A DNA stretch of 64,000 bases from an uncultured Alphaproteobacteria bacterium (GCA_963812475.1 CAWEVI010000007.1:2693-66692), one strand, 5' to 3'; shown: positions 44,940-54,840, counted from the first letter of the stretch. Program-made: numbers and translations. The notes: a model not told the origin generated them from the letters alone.

Positions 44940-47900
44940 TCAGCGGTCGCTCCACGAATACCAATGCTGCTCGTAACGGTTGTCGTTGAATACTTCATAA
45001 TGGGGCACCTGCGTCATGGCAAACAGCGAACGATGCTTCACGGCGAGGCGCCGCATCGCCGTCAGCTGGCGGTGCACCCACAACGCGGCGAGCAGACCGC
45101 GCGGCCCGCGCGGCATGTCGTTCGGAACAAGATCGATGCCGCGGACCAACGACAGAATGGCACGCGACTCGCTTGCTGCGGCCGAGGCCCACGCGGGCGC
45201 ATCGGGACGACCAACGAGATGCTCCGCAACCGAGGCAGCAAGGTCGAAGTCCGTGCTCACATGACCACAGAATGACTTCCGATAGCTCAATGCATCGACA
45301 AAAAGCCGCGCCGCGTGTTCCGCCGGTCGGTTGGCAAAAGCGTAGTGCATGCCAGCCGTCGTCCGCCACAGATACCAGGAGCGCAGATCCTCGATTTCCG
45401 CGCGCGGATTCTGTGTGGTGCGCTCCTCCGGGTAGTTGTTGAACACACCAAGCATCCCCGGGACATAGACGGAACGGATGTGCGGCATAATCCGGTTCTT
45501 GAACTCGGTGTCGCCCGCCGCGCGAAAGCTCTCGTCGTACCAGCCAAAGCGATCGTGGATCGACCGCCGATACAGGCCGCCAACCCATGACAGGTAACAG
45601 GTGTCCAAATATACCAAATCCTGCCGATAGCCTTGCCGATCGTACGGCATGATATCGGCATCGAACACCCCGTTGCGGTCCACACTGGTCACCAGGCTGT
45701 CGGCCATGGCCCAGTCGGCGCCAGAATCTGCATCCAAAGCCCCCGCCAATCGGCACAATGCGTCAGGATGCAGTCCTTCGTCGGCGCCAAGAAATGCGAG
45801 ATAGGGCGCGCGCGATAACTGGATGCCGCGATTCCACGCAGCCTGGATCGTCTCCCGATCACGCGATCGCGCATAGACGATTGGCAGGCTGTTTTCCGCA
45901 GCAAATGCCGAGAAGGCACCACGTTCGTCGGCCGGTGAGTTGCTGTCGACCAGGACCACCTCCAACTCACCTCGCCGTGCCACACTCTGCTGGTTCAGTA
46001 CGGTCAAGAGCGTGCGCAGCTTGGTCGCCGCGTCGTAGAGAGAAACGATAACGGATACACGAGGCGAGGCGCCGTTGCGCCGATCATCAACGACCGCAAG
46101 CGGCCGGTCCGGGTTCTGTCTATTGCGCTCCCTGGCGTCGTGCATCAGATCGAGGCATCTGTCGAATGCATCCGGTCCGCTGCCGAACATGGCAAGCGCA
46201 ACCCTGAACTCATGAGCAAACCCCTCTCTTTCCAGTGTAGCGGCAACGAAGGGCAGATCGCCGTACTCATCCCGTCCCAACCAGCGCATCAGTCGCAAGG
46301 CATAGGTCGCTGCGACCATATCGCTGCCTGCCCGGCGTTCCAGGCGGACAAGCTCACGGAATAGTCGAACTCGGTCCACCAGCCGATCCGGCAACTGCCT
46401 GGAAAGATTGGCAATCTTCGCCAAAACCTCTTTACCGCGGCGTTCGGGACTGTTGAGCATGAGCTCACGCAACGCGGTCAAATGGCGCGAACGATTGACC
46501 TGAATGAAAGCACGGGGCGAATGCCCGGCAAAATCACGGACCGCCGTCTTGAGCCGCGCCCTTCCCACTGACCGGCGAACCGTGGTCAGCACGTCACCAC
46601 CGGCGGTCTTCACATTGCGGGCAGCAATGCGTATTGCGCGGCGCAATTCGTGAGGTAGCAACCGGTCGGCGGACTGTCGTACGGCGCCGCCGCTGCGGGG
46701 AACCCTGCCTGATTCCAACGTCCTGTCCAACCGCAACAGGAGGGCGAGGCGCGCGGCAAGGTCAACGGTGGTCTGCCGTGCCCCCAGATCCAAGTGGGGA
46801 CTCGGCAGATACACCGTATCAACGGTCGCTCCGTCCGGGCGAAGCCTGAGACGCCGCAGGGCAGCGACCAGCTTTTCGCGATAGACGTCGTAGTCACTCA
46901 GGATCAATGCCGCATGGCTGGCCGCGGTCCGGCTGCAGTCGATGTCTGTGATCAGCCAGTCGAGCTCAGGTAAATTGGTGCGCAGCCAGTCGGCAACGCC
47001 GGCGCGATTGGATACCAGGACAGGACAACCGTGCCGGATCGCCTCCAGTGCGGTAAGGTTGAAGGTATCCTGGCGAGACGGAAGCATTAGCAGCGTCCGC
47101 CCGCTGAACAGGGCATTCAGTTCGCCGCGCGGCCAAGCGCCGACCAGGTCCAGTTGCAGGCCACGTTGTCGCGCCATGTCCATCAAAGTCACGTCGGAAC
47201 CCGTTCCCAGGTAGTTCGGGCCGTCGGGGCCGATCAGCAACAGTCGTCGATACAGCGCCGGATCGATCCACCAGGCGATATCGAGGAACAGGTCGGGTCC
47301 CTTCCACTTTTCACGCCGCCCGATAAAGGCAAGGTCCGCCGGCTCCGAACCGTGCTCAGGCAAAATTGGCTCCAAGCGATCAACGATACAGAGCGGATCG
47401 AGCATGTTCACGTCGAGCGGCGCGTACCTGGTCCAATACGCCGCATAATCCCTGCTGATCGCGTACCGCGCGTCCGCAGCGCGAAACTGCAAATGCTCCC
47501 GGACCCGCAACTCCGCCAGCATCGGGGCATCTGCCCGCCCAGTCGGCCATCCTGCCTTAAAGGCGGATGACAGCGTTCCATGCATTGCCACGGCCACAGT
47601 GGACACGTGCAGCCCCTCAGCCTGAAGCGCTGGACGTATGAAGATACCCAGCTGATTGTAATCCGGTGCATCAGCGACATGGAACTCAAAATCGATGCCG
47701 AGAGCATTGCGCGCCGACGCAGCCAGATTCCTACATTCGACATATGGTCCGACGAGATGGGCCAGCTGTCGCGGCATGTGCACAGCGCGGGGCCGGTAGG
47801 TTATCTGATAGGGAATAGTCCTGGCATTGGCCGGCCTCGGCGCGTCCGCAGTCTCGAGCCGGCAGAAATAATAGAATGTGTCATCCGGTCGAAGGGCGAT

Positions 47901-48032
47901 CAGCCGCTGATAGACCGACTGTCCTCCGCCCACGAAGCGATACAGATCGAAGTCGAGTATAAGAATATGATGGCCGTGGCTGTGGCCATCGTCCACCGGA
48001 TTGGGGCGAAAAGTTTGCGGGACTACGTCCAT
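44940..48032 (-). CDS. Large bifunctional glycosyltransferase (N-terminal GT4-like and C-terminal GT2-like domains)
   Basis: 1030 aa. The GT-B region is LLMLPSRQDTFNLTALEAIRHGCPVLVS. The GT-A region is VSVIVSLYDAATKL...VVLVDSNSPADE...FLGADEGL, containing a DxD-like motif. Confidence 0.75.
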   Translation of the reverse strand: MDVVPQTFRPNPVDDGHSHGHHILILDFDLYRFVGGGQSVYQRLIALRPDDTFYYFCRLETADAPRPANARTIPYQITYRPRAVHMPRQLAHLVGPYVECRNLAASARNALGIDFEFHVADAPDYNQLGIFIRPALQAEGLHVSTVAVAMHGTLSSAFKAGWPTGRADAPMLAELRVREHLQFRAADARYAISRDYAAYWTRYAPLDVNMLDPLCIVDRLEPILPEHGSEPADLAFIGRREKWKGPDLFLDIAWWIDPALYRRLLLIGPDGPNYLGTGSDVTLMDMARQRGLQLDLVGAWPRGELNALFSGRTLLMLPSRQDTFNLTALEAIRHGCPVLVSNRAGVADWLRTNLPELDWLITDIDCSRTAASHAALILSDYDVYREKLVAALRRLRLRPDGATVDTVYLPSPHLDLGARQTTVDLAARLALLLRLDRTLESGRVPRSGGAVRQSADRLLPHELRRAIRIAARNVKTAGGDVLTTVRRSVGRARLKTAVRDFAGHSPRAFIQVNRSRHLTALRELMLNSPERRGKEVLAKIANLSRQLPDRLVDRVRLFRELVRLERRAGSDMVAATYALRLMRWLGRDEYGDLPFVAATLEREGFAHEFRVALAMFGSGPDAFDRCLDLMHDARERNRQNPDRPLAVVDDRRNGASPRVSVIVSLYDAATKLRTLLTVLNQQSVARRGELEVVLVDSNSPADERGAFSAFAAENSLPIVYARSRDRETIQAAWNRGIQLSRAPYLAFLGADEGLHPDALCRLAGALDADSGADWAMADSLVTSVDRNGVFDADIMPYDRQGYRQDLVYLDTCYLSWVGGLYRRSIHDRFGWYDESFRAAGDTEFKNRIMPHIRSVYVPGMLGVFNNYPEERTTQNPRAEIEDLRSWYLWRTTAGMHYAFANRPAEHAARLFVDALSYRKSFCGHVSTDFDLAASVAEHLVGRPDAPAWASAAASESRAILSLVRGIDLVPNDMPRGPRGLLAALWVHRQLTAMRRLAVKHRSLFAMTQVPHYEVFNDNRYEQHWYSWSDR

Positions 48033-48241
48033 CCGTCGCTTCGTCAGTTCACAATGCCCAGGCGTATATCAGACGGCGGCGACGCTGTCGCGTTGAAGGC
48101 CCATCGTTTTTCACCCGTTTTCACGCGAACGTGCGCCACACCTGCCGTGACTCTTTCTGGTGGTCGGGTTGCCTGCGTTGGCGTGATCCAGCCTAGACGG
48201 GTCCCGCCAACTTCCGGGCCGTCTCGGTCGGCGCCGCTTCG

Positions 48242-48637
48242 TTACAAGACCATCTGCGTCTGCGTCACCTTTGCCACCAGACGGCCGTCCTGGTTGGTCA
48301 ACCGCGTCTCCCATACCTGCGTGCGCCTGCCGCGATGCAGCGGCGTGGCCTCTGCAATCAGGTGCGTTCCGACGGGGCCCGGAAAAAAGAAGTTCGTCTT
48401 GCTCTCCAGTGTCGTGGTGCCCTGCCCCTCGCGCAGGTTCATGACGGTGCCCAGCGCACCGATCGTATCGGCAAACGCCATGATCGCGCCGCCGTGGATG
48501 ATCTCCCCGGCGGTGCACAACTCCTCTCGCACCGTGAGTTCGGCCACCACCCGATCCTGCGCCGCCGATGTCACCGTGATGCCGAGCCAACGCGGGAACG
48601 GCGGCAGTTCCCTCTGGAATCGTGCGGTCGGATCCAT
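48242..48637 (-). CDS. PaaI-family hotdog-fold thioesterase
   Basis: 131 aa from ATG 48637, with IIHGGAIMAFADT and TTLESKTNFF. The rest of the 594-aa track ORF is antisense to the M20 gene. Confidence 0.75.
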   Translation of the reverse strand: MDPTARFQRELPPFPRWLGITVTSAAQDRVVAELTVREELCTAGEIIHGGAIMAFADTIGALGTVMNLREGQGTTTLESKTNFFFPGPVGTHLIAEATPLHRGRRTQVWETRLTNQDGRLVAKVTQTQMVL

Positions 48638-48724
48638 GCTGTCTTCTCCTTCGCGACGGCATATCTTGCCCAGGCCGCCGACCTCGTCCAATACCGTCGC
48701 CCGCCAGCAAGGACCGAGCTTTTC

Positions 48725-49942
48725 ATGCCCAGTCATCCCCAATCGATCATCAGCGCGGTCATGGCCAGCGATGCCTATCGCACCGCGGTCGCCACGCTCG
48801 CGGCCGAGCACGACCGGACGGTGGAGGATATCGTCGCGCTGACCCAGGTGCCTGCGCCGTCTTTCCAGGAAGCTGCCCGCGCCGCTGCGTTCCTGGCCAT
48901 GGCGAAAGCGCATGGCCTCAGCAACCCGGAGATCGATGCCGAGGGCAACGTCACCGGCCTGCGGCCCGGGTCGGGTAATGGCCCCTTGGTCTGCGTCGCG
49001 GCGCATCTCGATACGGTGTTTCCGGCCGGCACCGATCTGACAGTCCGTCGCGAGGGCTCGCGGCTTTTCGCGCCCGGCGTCGGTGACGATACGCGTTCGC
49101 TCGCCGTGCTGCTCGCCTGGCTGCGTGCCATGGACGCCGCCGGTGTGCGCACGCACGCCGATCTGCTGTTCGTTGCGGATGTGGGCGAGGAAGGACCCGG
49201 CGATCTGCGCGGCATGCGGCATCTGTTCCAGAGTGGCCCGTTCAAGGACCGCATCAGCGCCTTCATCACCGTCGACAGTCCGGACATGGATCGCATCGCC
49301 GTGGGCGGTGTCGGCTCGAAGCGTTACCGCGTGACATTCAAGGGTCCCGGCGGGCACAGCTACGGCGCCTTCGGGCTGGTGAACCCTATGTTCGCCATGG
49401 CCGATGCCGTCGCCCGACTCGGACGCATCGAGGTGCCGGCAACTCCCAAGACCACCTACAGCGCGAGCGTCGCCGGCGGCGGCACGTCGATCAACTCCAT
49501 CCCCAACAGCGTCTGGACCGAGTTCGACCTTCGATCCGAATCGCCTGACGAACTGGCCCGGCTCGAGGCGACGTTCCTGCAACACGTCGAGCAGTCGGTG
49601 GCGGCGGAGAACGCGGCGCGCTCGACGCGGAACGGACCGGTCTCGGCGGAGATCAGGAAAATCGGCGACCGACCCGCCGGACGCACCGATGTAGCGAGTG
49701 ATCTGGTCCAACTTGCGCACGCGGCGATCAGCGCGCACGGCTTCAATCCGGGGTTCGAGTTCTCCTCCACCGACGCAAATATCCCGATGAGCCTCGGCAT
49801 CCCCGCGATCAAGATCGGTTCCGGGGGCACTGGCGGGCGTGCTCATTCGCTGGAGGAATGGATCGACGTGGCGCCTGACGCCTCGATTCGCGGCATGGCT
49901 GCGGGCCTGACCACCGTGCTGGCCGTTGCCGGGATTGCCTGA
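48725..49942 (+). CDS. M20/M25/M40 family metallopeptidase (peptidase T-like)
   Basis: Start at MPSHPQS (ATG 48725). Motifs are AAHLDTVF, GVGDDTRS, DVGEEG and GGTSINSIP. Confidence 0.8.
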   Translation: MPSHPQSIISAVMASDAYRTAVATLAAEHDRTVEDIVALTQVPAPSFQEAARAAAFLAMAKAHGLSNPEIDAEGNVTGLRPGSGNGPLVCVAAHLDTVFPAGTDLTVRREGSRLFAPGVGDDTRSLAVLLAWLRAMDAAGVRTHADLLFVADVGEEGPGDLRGMRHLFQSGPFKDRISAFITVDSPDMDRIAVGGVGSKRYRVTFKGPGGHSYGAFGLVNPMFAMADAVARLGRIEVPATPKTTYSASVAGGGTSINSIPNSVWTEFDLRSESPDELARLEATFLQHVEQSVAAENAARSTRNGPVSAEIRKIGDRPAGRTDVASDLVQLAHAAISAHGFNPGFEFSSTDANIPMSLGIPAIKIGSGGTGGRAHSLEEWIDVAPDASIRGMAAGLTTVLAVAGIA

Positions 49943-49948
49943 CCGACC

Positions 49949-50737
49949 ATGCGCCCCATCCTGCGCCTCTGCCTGGCCGCAGTCCTGCTGTTGCTCGGCG
50001 GCGCCAACCCGGCGCCGCATCCCCACCCCGTCCTGGCTGTCACGCCGCTATCGCGAACGGACCTGCCCTGGTGGCGGGCCCGCCACGAGGCCAAGCTGGA
50101 AGAACTGCGCAAGGGACCTGTCGATCTGATCTTCCTGGGCGATTCCATCACCCAGGACTGGGAAAAGCACGGGCCGCCCGAATGGCAGGACTTCGCCCCG
50201 ATCTGGCAGCGCTTCTACGGCGACCGCAACGCGATCAACCTCGGCTTCACTGGTGACACAACGGCGCACCTGCTCTGGCGCATCGAGAATGGCGAGGTCG
50301 CCGGCATTAAGCCGAAGGTCGCGGTGATCCTGATCGGCGCCAACAATCTCGGCCGCCTGCACTGGTCGGCGGAGGACACCATCGCCGGCATCGATGCGAT
50401 CATCGCGCAGTTACGCGTCCGCCTGCCGGATACCAAACTGATGCTGCTTGGCATCCTGCCGAGCGATCGCTCCGCCTGGGCCACCGCGACCACGTTCACG
50501 GTGAACCGGGCGCTGGCCGTGCGATACGGCCACGGCGGCGACGTGACTTTTCTCGACGTTGGCCACGTGTTCATGAAAGATGGCCGTCTGGATCGTGATC
50601 TTTTCCTCGATCCGAAACTAACCCCACCAGATCCGCCGCTGCATCCAAGCGCGCAGGGGCAGGCGCTGATAGCTGAGGCGATGGAGCCGACGCTCGCTGC
50701 ATTGATGGGTGACCATCGCCACGTCGCGGCGCGCTGA
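49949..50737 (+). CDS. SGNH/GDSL hydrolase family protein, secreted
   Basis: Signal peptide, then FLGDSIT (block I), GFTGDTT, and LIGANNLG. Confidence 0.8.
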   Translation: MRPILRLCLAAVLLLLGGANPAPHPHPVLAVTPLSRTDLPWWRARHEAKLEELRKGPVDLIFLGDSITQDWEKHGPPEWQDFAPIWQRFYGDRNAINLGFTGDTTAHLLWRIENGEVAGIKPKVAVILIGANNLGRLHWSAEDTIAGIDAIIAQLRVRLPDTKLMLLGILPSDRSAWATATTFTVNRALAVRYGHGGDVTFLDVGHVFMKDGRLDRDLFLDPKLTPPDPPLHPSAQGQALIAEAMEPTLAALMGDHRHVAAR

Positions 50738-50748
50738 CGCGCCGGTCT

Positions 50749-51891
50749 TCATCCCGCAGCGGGTGCGCGCACCGCAGTACGCAGGACTGCGTAGCCCACG
50801 ATGGCTGAGGCGAGGGAGCCAAGCAGCACGGCGATTCGAACATCGGCGTCGTAACCCTCCGCCGGAAAGGCAAGCGTGCTGACGAACAGGCTCATGGTGA
50901 ATCCAACGCCGGTCAGCAGTGCCATGCCATACACCTGACGCCAATTGGCGCCCTCCGGAAGTGTGCTTAGGCCGAGACGCACGACCACCCAGATGGATCC
51001 GATCACACCAATCTGCTTGCCGAGAAACAATCCCAGTCCGATGCCCAACTGGATCGGGTCCAGCAGATCGGTGAGTGCGATGTCGGTCAGTCGTACGCCC
51101 GCGTTGGTGAAGGCAAAAATCGGCATGATGCCGAAGGCGACCCAGGGATGCAGGTCATGTTCCAGACTTTGCGAAGGCGACTCGCCACCGGTCGCGCGCA
51201 GCGGAACGGCGAGTCCGACGATGACGCCCGCAAGAGTTGCGTGAATGCCGGATTTCAGCACACACACCCAGACAAAAACGCCGACCAGGATGTAAGCGCC
51301 TCGGCACGTCACACCCGCCAGATTGAGCACTGCGAGCGCAAGCACCCCTGTGCCGGCCAGCGCGAGAGCCACGACGGAAAGGTCCGCGGTGTAGAACGCC
51401 GCGATGATGATGATGGCGCCCAGGTCATCGATGATCGCAAGCGCCAGCAGGAAGATCTTGAGCGACGGCGGCGCGCGCGAGCCGAGCAGTGCCAGCACGC
51501 CGAGAGCAAAGGCGATATCGGTCGCGGCGGGAATCGCCCAGCCTCGCAAGGCCCCCACATTGCCCCATACACACGCGACATAGAGCAGCACCGGACCCAC
51601 CATGCCACCGACCGCCGCGATCGCAGGCAGCGCGGCACGCGACAGGGTGGACAACGCTCCCTCGAGGACCTCGCGCTTGACCTCGAGCCCGACGACCATG
51701 AAGAAGACCGCCATCAGTCCGTCGTTCACCCAGAGCAGCAGCGGCTTGGCAATGGCGAGGTCGCCGACCTGGATTGCGAGCGGAATTTCCAGCAAATGCG
51801 TGTAGAGTGTGCCGAGCGGGCTGTTCGCCATGACGATCGCGATGCCGGCGGCAGCGCACAGTACGATGCCACCGGCCAATTCGAGCCTCAC
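50749..51891 (-). CDS. nhaA: Na+/H+ antiporter NhaA
   Basis: Motifs are WVNDGLMAVFFMVVGLEVKRE, IPAATDIAFALGVLALLG and AIIDDLGAI. The only canonical start is GTG 51891. The conserved N-terminal segment (LQQFV) continues upstream with only CTG codons, so the true start is uncertain. Confidence 0.88.
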   Translation of the reverse strand: MRLELAGGIVLCAAAGIAIVMANSPLGTLYTHLLEIPLAIQVGDLAIAKPLLLWVNDGLMAVFFMVVGLEVKREVLEGALSTLSRAALPAIAAVGGMVGPVLLYVACVWGNVGALRGWAIPAATDIAFALGVLALLGSRAPPSLKIFLLALAIIDDLGAIIIIAAFYTADLSVVALALAGTGVLALAVLNLAGVTCRGAYILVGVFVWVCVLKSGIHATLAGVIVGLAVPLRATGGESPSQSLEHDLHPWVAFGIMPIFAFTNAGVRLTDIALTDLLDPIQLGIGLGLFLGKQIGVIGSIWVVVRLGLSTLPEGANWRQVYGMALLTGVGFTMSLFVSTLAFPAEGYDADVRIAVLLGSLASAIVGYAVLRTAVRAPAAG

Positions 51892-51955
51892 GAACTGCTG
51901 GAGCCTGGTCAGAGCCAGATCGCCTCTCCGTCGGTTCGCGTTCAGTCGTCAGCGA

Positions 51956-52438
51956 TCAGCCGAGCGCTTCCGCCAGCAGATCGAGTGCGCGCTTTGCAAA
52001 CGCACGCATGTTGGCCACGCGGTCCGCGCTGCCGGTCTCCAGTGTGATCGCGCGCGAGAATTGCGGGCCTTCGAGGCCGATGCAGGTGTGGCCTGCCGCG
52101 TCGCCATAGCGGTTGCCGGTCGGTCCCGTGGCGCCCGTTTCGCTTAGCCCCCAGGTCGAACCGAGACGACCGCGCACGGTCGTTGCAAGCAACGCCGCGT
52201 AGGGCTCGGACGATGCGCGCATGCCGTTCGGCAACGGATTAGGAATGTCCAGGAATCCGGAACGCGCGTACTGCGTGTAGATCACACTGCCGCCGCGGAA
52301 ATACACCGACGCGCCGGCCACCGACAGCAGCGCTGCCGAGATCAGCCCACCGGTCGACGACTCCGCGATCGCAATCGTATCGCCGCGCGCCTTCAACCGT
52401 GCACCCAACTTTTCCGCCAATGGCAACAGGTCCTGCAT
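51956..52438 (-). CDS. CinA-family protein (nicotinamide-nucleotide amidohydrolase PncC-like domain)
   Basis: 160 aa from ATG 52438, with IAIAESSTGGLISAAL and GLSETGATGP. Confidence 0.75.
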   Translation of the reverse strand: MQDLLPLAEKLGARLKARGDTIAIAESSTGGLISAALLSVAGASVYFRGGSVIYTQYARSGFLDIPNPLPNGMRASSEPYAALLATTVRGRLGSTWGLSETGATGPTGNRYGDAAGHTCIGLEGPQFSRAITLETGSADRVANMRAFAKRALDLLAEALG

Positions 52439-52513
52439 GTCGTGTTTCTCCCTATGCTGTGTACCGTCACGGCCGCCTTGTGCCGGCCATCCTTCCCGGC
52501 ACCGACACGGCAG

Positions 52514-52697
52514 AGATGGCCGGGTCAAGCCCGGCCATGACCACGGGGACGTGGCAGCGCGACGGCCAATGTCATTCTGTCCATGACATGAAGCTGATCG
52601 CCCCGCGCCAGGAGGGCGTCGCGTTGCAGCTCTCGTCATGGCCGGGCGTGACCCGGCCATTCCTTCCGACGGCGGGGAGTACGGCAGCGCGACGGCC
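52514..52697. repeat. Two copies of a REP-like composite element
   Basis: Copy 1 is ATGGCCGGG-TCAAG-CCCGGCCAT (52516-52538) plus GGCAGCGCGACGGCC (52553-52567). Copy 2 is ATGGCCGGG-CGTGA-CCCGGCCAT (52638-52660) plus the same 15-mer (52683-52697). Positions 52514-52541 are identical over 28 nt to 10499-10526 inside mutS. Confidence 0.8.
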
Positions 52698-52731
52698 GAC
52701 GCCTTTCATTCCACTATTCCACACCATGAAC

Positions 52732-53727
52732 CTACGCCGCCCCGCGCTCGAGGATAGCCTCGATCACACGCTGCGTCGCCAGCGCCTCCTCGCCGGGAAC
52801 CGCCGGGTCGCGTTCTTGTTCGATCGCATCGAGAAAGTCGCGAAGCACCGCCTTGTGGGCCTCATGCGAAAAGCTCATCACGTTCGCGCCGCCGCCCGAA
52901 CCCGACGCGTCCGCAAGCACCTCCTCGCGCCCATCCAGGAAGGCGAGTTGCAGGCTCCCACCCTCCAGCCGCGCGGTTCCTTTCGAGCCGACGATGTGGA
53001 TCCATTCGGGGTTGCCGGGATACGCGGCGACGGTCGCGATGATCGTACCTGGCGCGCCGTTGCCCAGCCGTACCAGAGCAGCGGCATAGTCCTCGGATTC
53101 CATGCGATGCAGTGCCGTGGTGCGCACCTGCGCCGCTTCGATGCTTTCAATCCCCACCAGCCAGCGGAACAGATCCAGCGCATGGATCGCCTGCGTGATC
53201 AGCACGCCGCCGCCGTCGCGCGCCCGAACGCCGCGGCCCGGATCGTCGTAGTAGGCCTGCGGCCGCCACCATGGTACCATCATCGTTGCGGTCTGGATCG
53301 TGCCGAGCGCACCCTCCGCCAGTACCTTGTACAGGCGACGGCTGCCGGGTCGGAAGCGGATTTGCAGGCAGATGCCGAGGCGGCGGTTCGCACGGCGCCC
53401 GGCGGCGATCAGTTGTTCGCCCCGTTCAATCGACACCTCCAGCGGCTTCTCGCACAGCACATGCTTCCCGGCGGCGAACGCGGCTTCCGCGATCGGCAGG
53501 TGTGCGTTCGCGGGTGTGAGCACCAGGACAGCATCGACCGCCGGGTCTTCGATGGCGCGCGCGATGTCCGTCGTGGTGGGAAAGCTGTAGCGGTCCGCCA
53601 CGTCCTGCAGCCTTGCGGTACTGGTCGCCGCTGCCCAGACGACACGCACGCGATCGGCGAGATCAACCAGGCTCCGCGCATGTGGCTGCAGTGCATTGCC
53701 AAGGCCGATGACCGAAACGCCTATCAC
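52732..53727 (-). CDS. Gfo/Idh/MocA family oxidoreductase
   Basis: GTG 53727 forms a GTGA overlap with the upstream stop. Motifs are VSVIGLGNA and KHVLCEKPL. Confidence 0.75.
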   Translation of the reverse strand: MIGVSVIGLGNALQPHARSLVDLADRVRVVWAAATSTARLQDVADRYSFPTTTDIARAIEDPAVDAVLVLTPANAHLPIAEAAFAAGKHVLCEKPLEVSIERGEQLIAAGRRANRRLGICLQIRFRPGSRRLYKVLAEGALGTIQTATMMVPWWRPQAYYDDPGRGVRARDGGGVLITQAIHALDLFRWLVGIESIEAAQVRTTALHRMESEDYAAALVRLGNGAPGTIIATVAAYPGNPEWIHIVGSKGTARLEGGSLQLAFLDGREEVLADASGSGGGANVMSFSHEAHKAVLRDFLDAIEQERDPAVPGEEALATQRVIEAILERGAA

Positions 53728-54734
53728 GGACGCTTCGCCGTGTAGCGGATCGCCTGCGCCTGTGCGCGCAACGCGAGCCGGCAGACCGCGAAAGTCTGGC
53801 GCTGCGGCATTGCCGTTTCCGTCCGTTCGGCGACGTCGCGCAAGAAGTCGCGGTAGTACGTCACCGGCCGCTTGCTGCAATCGAGGTAACGCGTGGCGGT
53901 GCGGTTGGCGACGAACATGTGGTCGGTGCCTGCGCGGCCCTCGATGTCGAGGTTCTTACGCAATTCCAGCGTGCCTTCGGTGCCGACGACGAAGAATCGG
54001 CCATCACCCCAGGTGGGCAGGCCGTCCGGCGTGAACCAATCGAGCCGCACATAGCCGCGGACCGACGGTGTGGCCAGGACGATTTCGGCAAAATCCTCGA
54101 AGCCCTCGGGCTCGGTGCCGAACGCACCGATGCTGCTCAGTACGATCTCGGCGTCGGACGCATTGGCGAAGGCAAGAAACTGATCGATCGCGTGCACGCC
54201 GATGTCGTTGATGATCCCGCCATAGGCCGGCCGATCGAAGAACCACGACGGCCGCAGCGCGCGATTCAGCCGATGCGGCAACAGCGCTGAGGTATGCACC
54301 AGCCGGCCGATCTCGCCGGAACGTACGATCCGCAGCGCCTCCTGCACCGCGGGCGACGCGAGACGACCCAGGCAGATCGACCAAATTCGTCGGGTCTCGG
54401 CGACCGCGCGTTCTACGGACGTGAGTTGCTCCAGTGTGGTGATGCCGGGTTTGTCGACCATTACATCCTTGCCGCGCCGCATCGCGGCGATCGCAAGCTC
54501 GGCGCGATCGCATGGACGTGCGGCGATCACCACGAAATCGATCGACTGATCGTCCAGTAGCCGCTCGGTTTCCGCCTCGGGCACATGCGGCAAGCGCTTG
54601 CGGAACCCGGCGAGCACCCGCGGATCGGTGGTGTCGGGATTGTAGCCGACGCATTCGGCGCCTTCGTCGAGCAGATCCTGCGTGAGGTCGTAGATGTGGC
54701 GATGATCCAGCCCGATCGCGGCAAACCGCGCCAT
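53724..54734 (-). CDS. Gfo/Idh/MocA family oxidoreductase (variant N-terminus)
   Basis: Start at MARFAAIGLDHRHIY (ATG 54734). Motifs are KDVMVDKPG and INDIGVHAID. Confidence 0.65.
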   Translation of the reverse strand: MARFAAIGLDHRHIYDLTQDLLDEGAECVGYNPDTTDPRVLAGFRKRLPHVPEAETERLLDDQSIDFVVIAARPCDRAELAIAAMRRGKDVMVDKPGITTLEQLTSVERAVAETRRIWSICLGRLASPAVQEALRIVRSGEIGRLVHTSALLPHRLNRALRPSWFFDRPAYGGIINDIGVHAIDQFLAFANASDAEIVLSSIGAFGTEPEGFEDFAEIVLATPSVRGYVRLDWFTPDGLPTWGDGRFFVVGTEGTLELRKNLDIEGRAGTDHMFVANRTATRYLDCSKRPVTYYRDFLRDVAERTETAMPQRQTFAVCRLALRAQAQAIRYTAKRP

Positions 54735-54840
54735 GCCCTTGCTCCTGAAGCGTCGTGGCCGAGGCTTGCACCATCTTCCCCGCTCCGCAACCAAGGTCCA
54801 CAATGCGGCAAGCCAACAGGAACCGAAGGGGAGAAGCACC

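Noticed and set aside
41107-48240. Prophage, ICE or transposon interpretation of the low-GC islet
   Set aside because: I could recognise no integrase, transposase, phage structural genes, tRNA attachment site or flanking direct or inverted repeats. I call it an islet of unknown origin only.
48242-50026. 594-aa minus-strand ORF
   Set aside because: It is antisense to a well-supported M20 peptidase gene. Only its last 131 codons (48242-48637) form a recognisable PaaI thioesterase with its own ATG.
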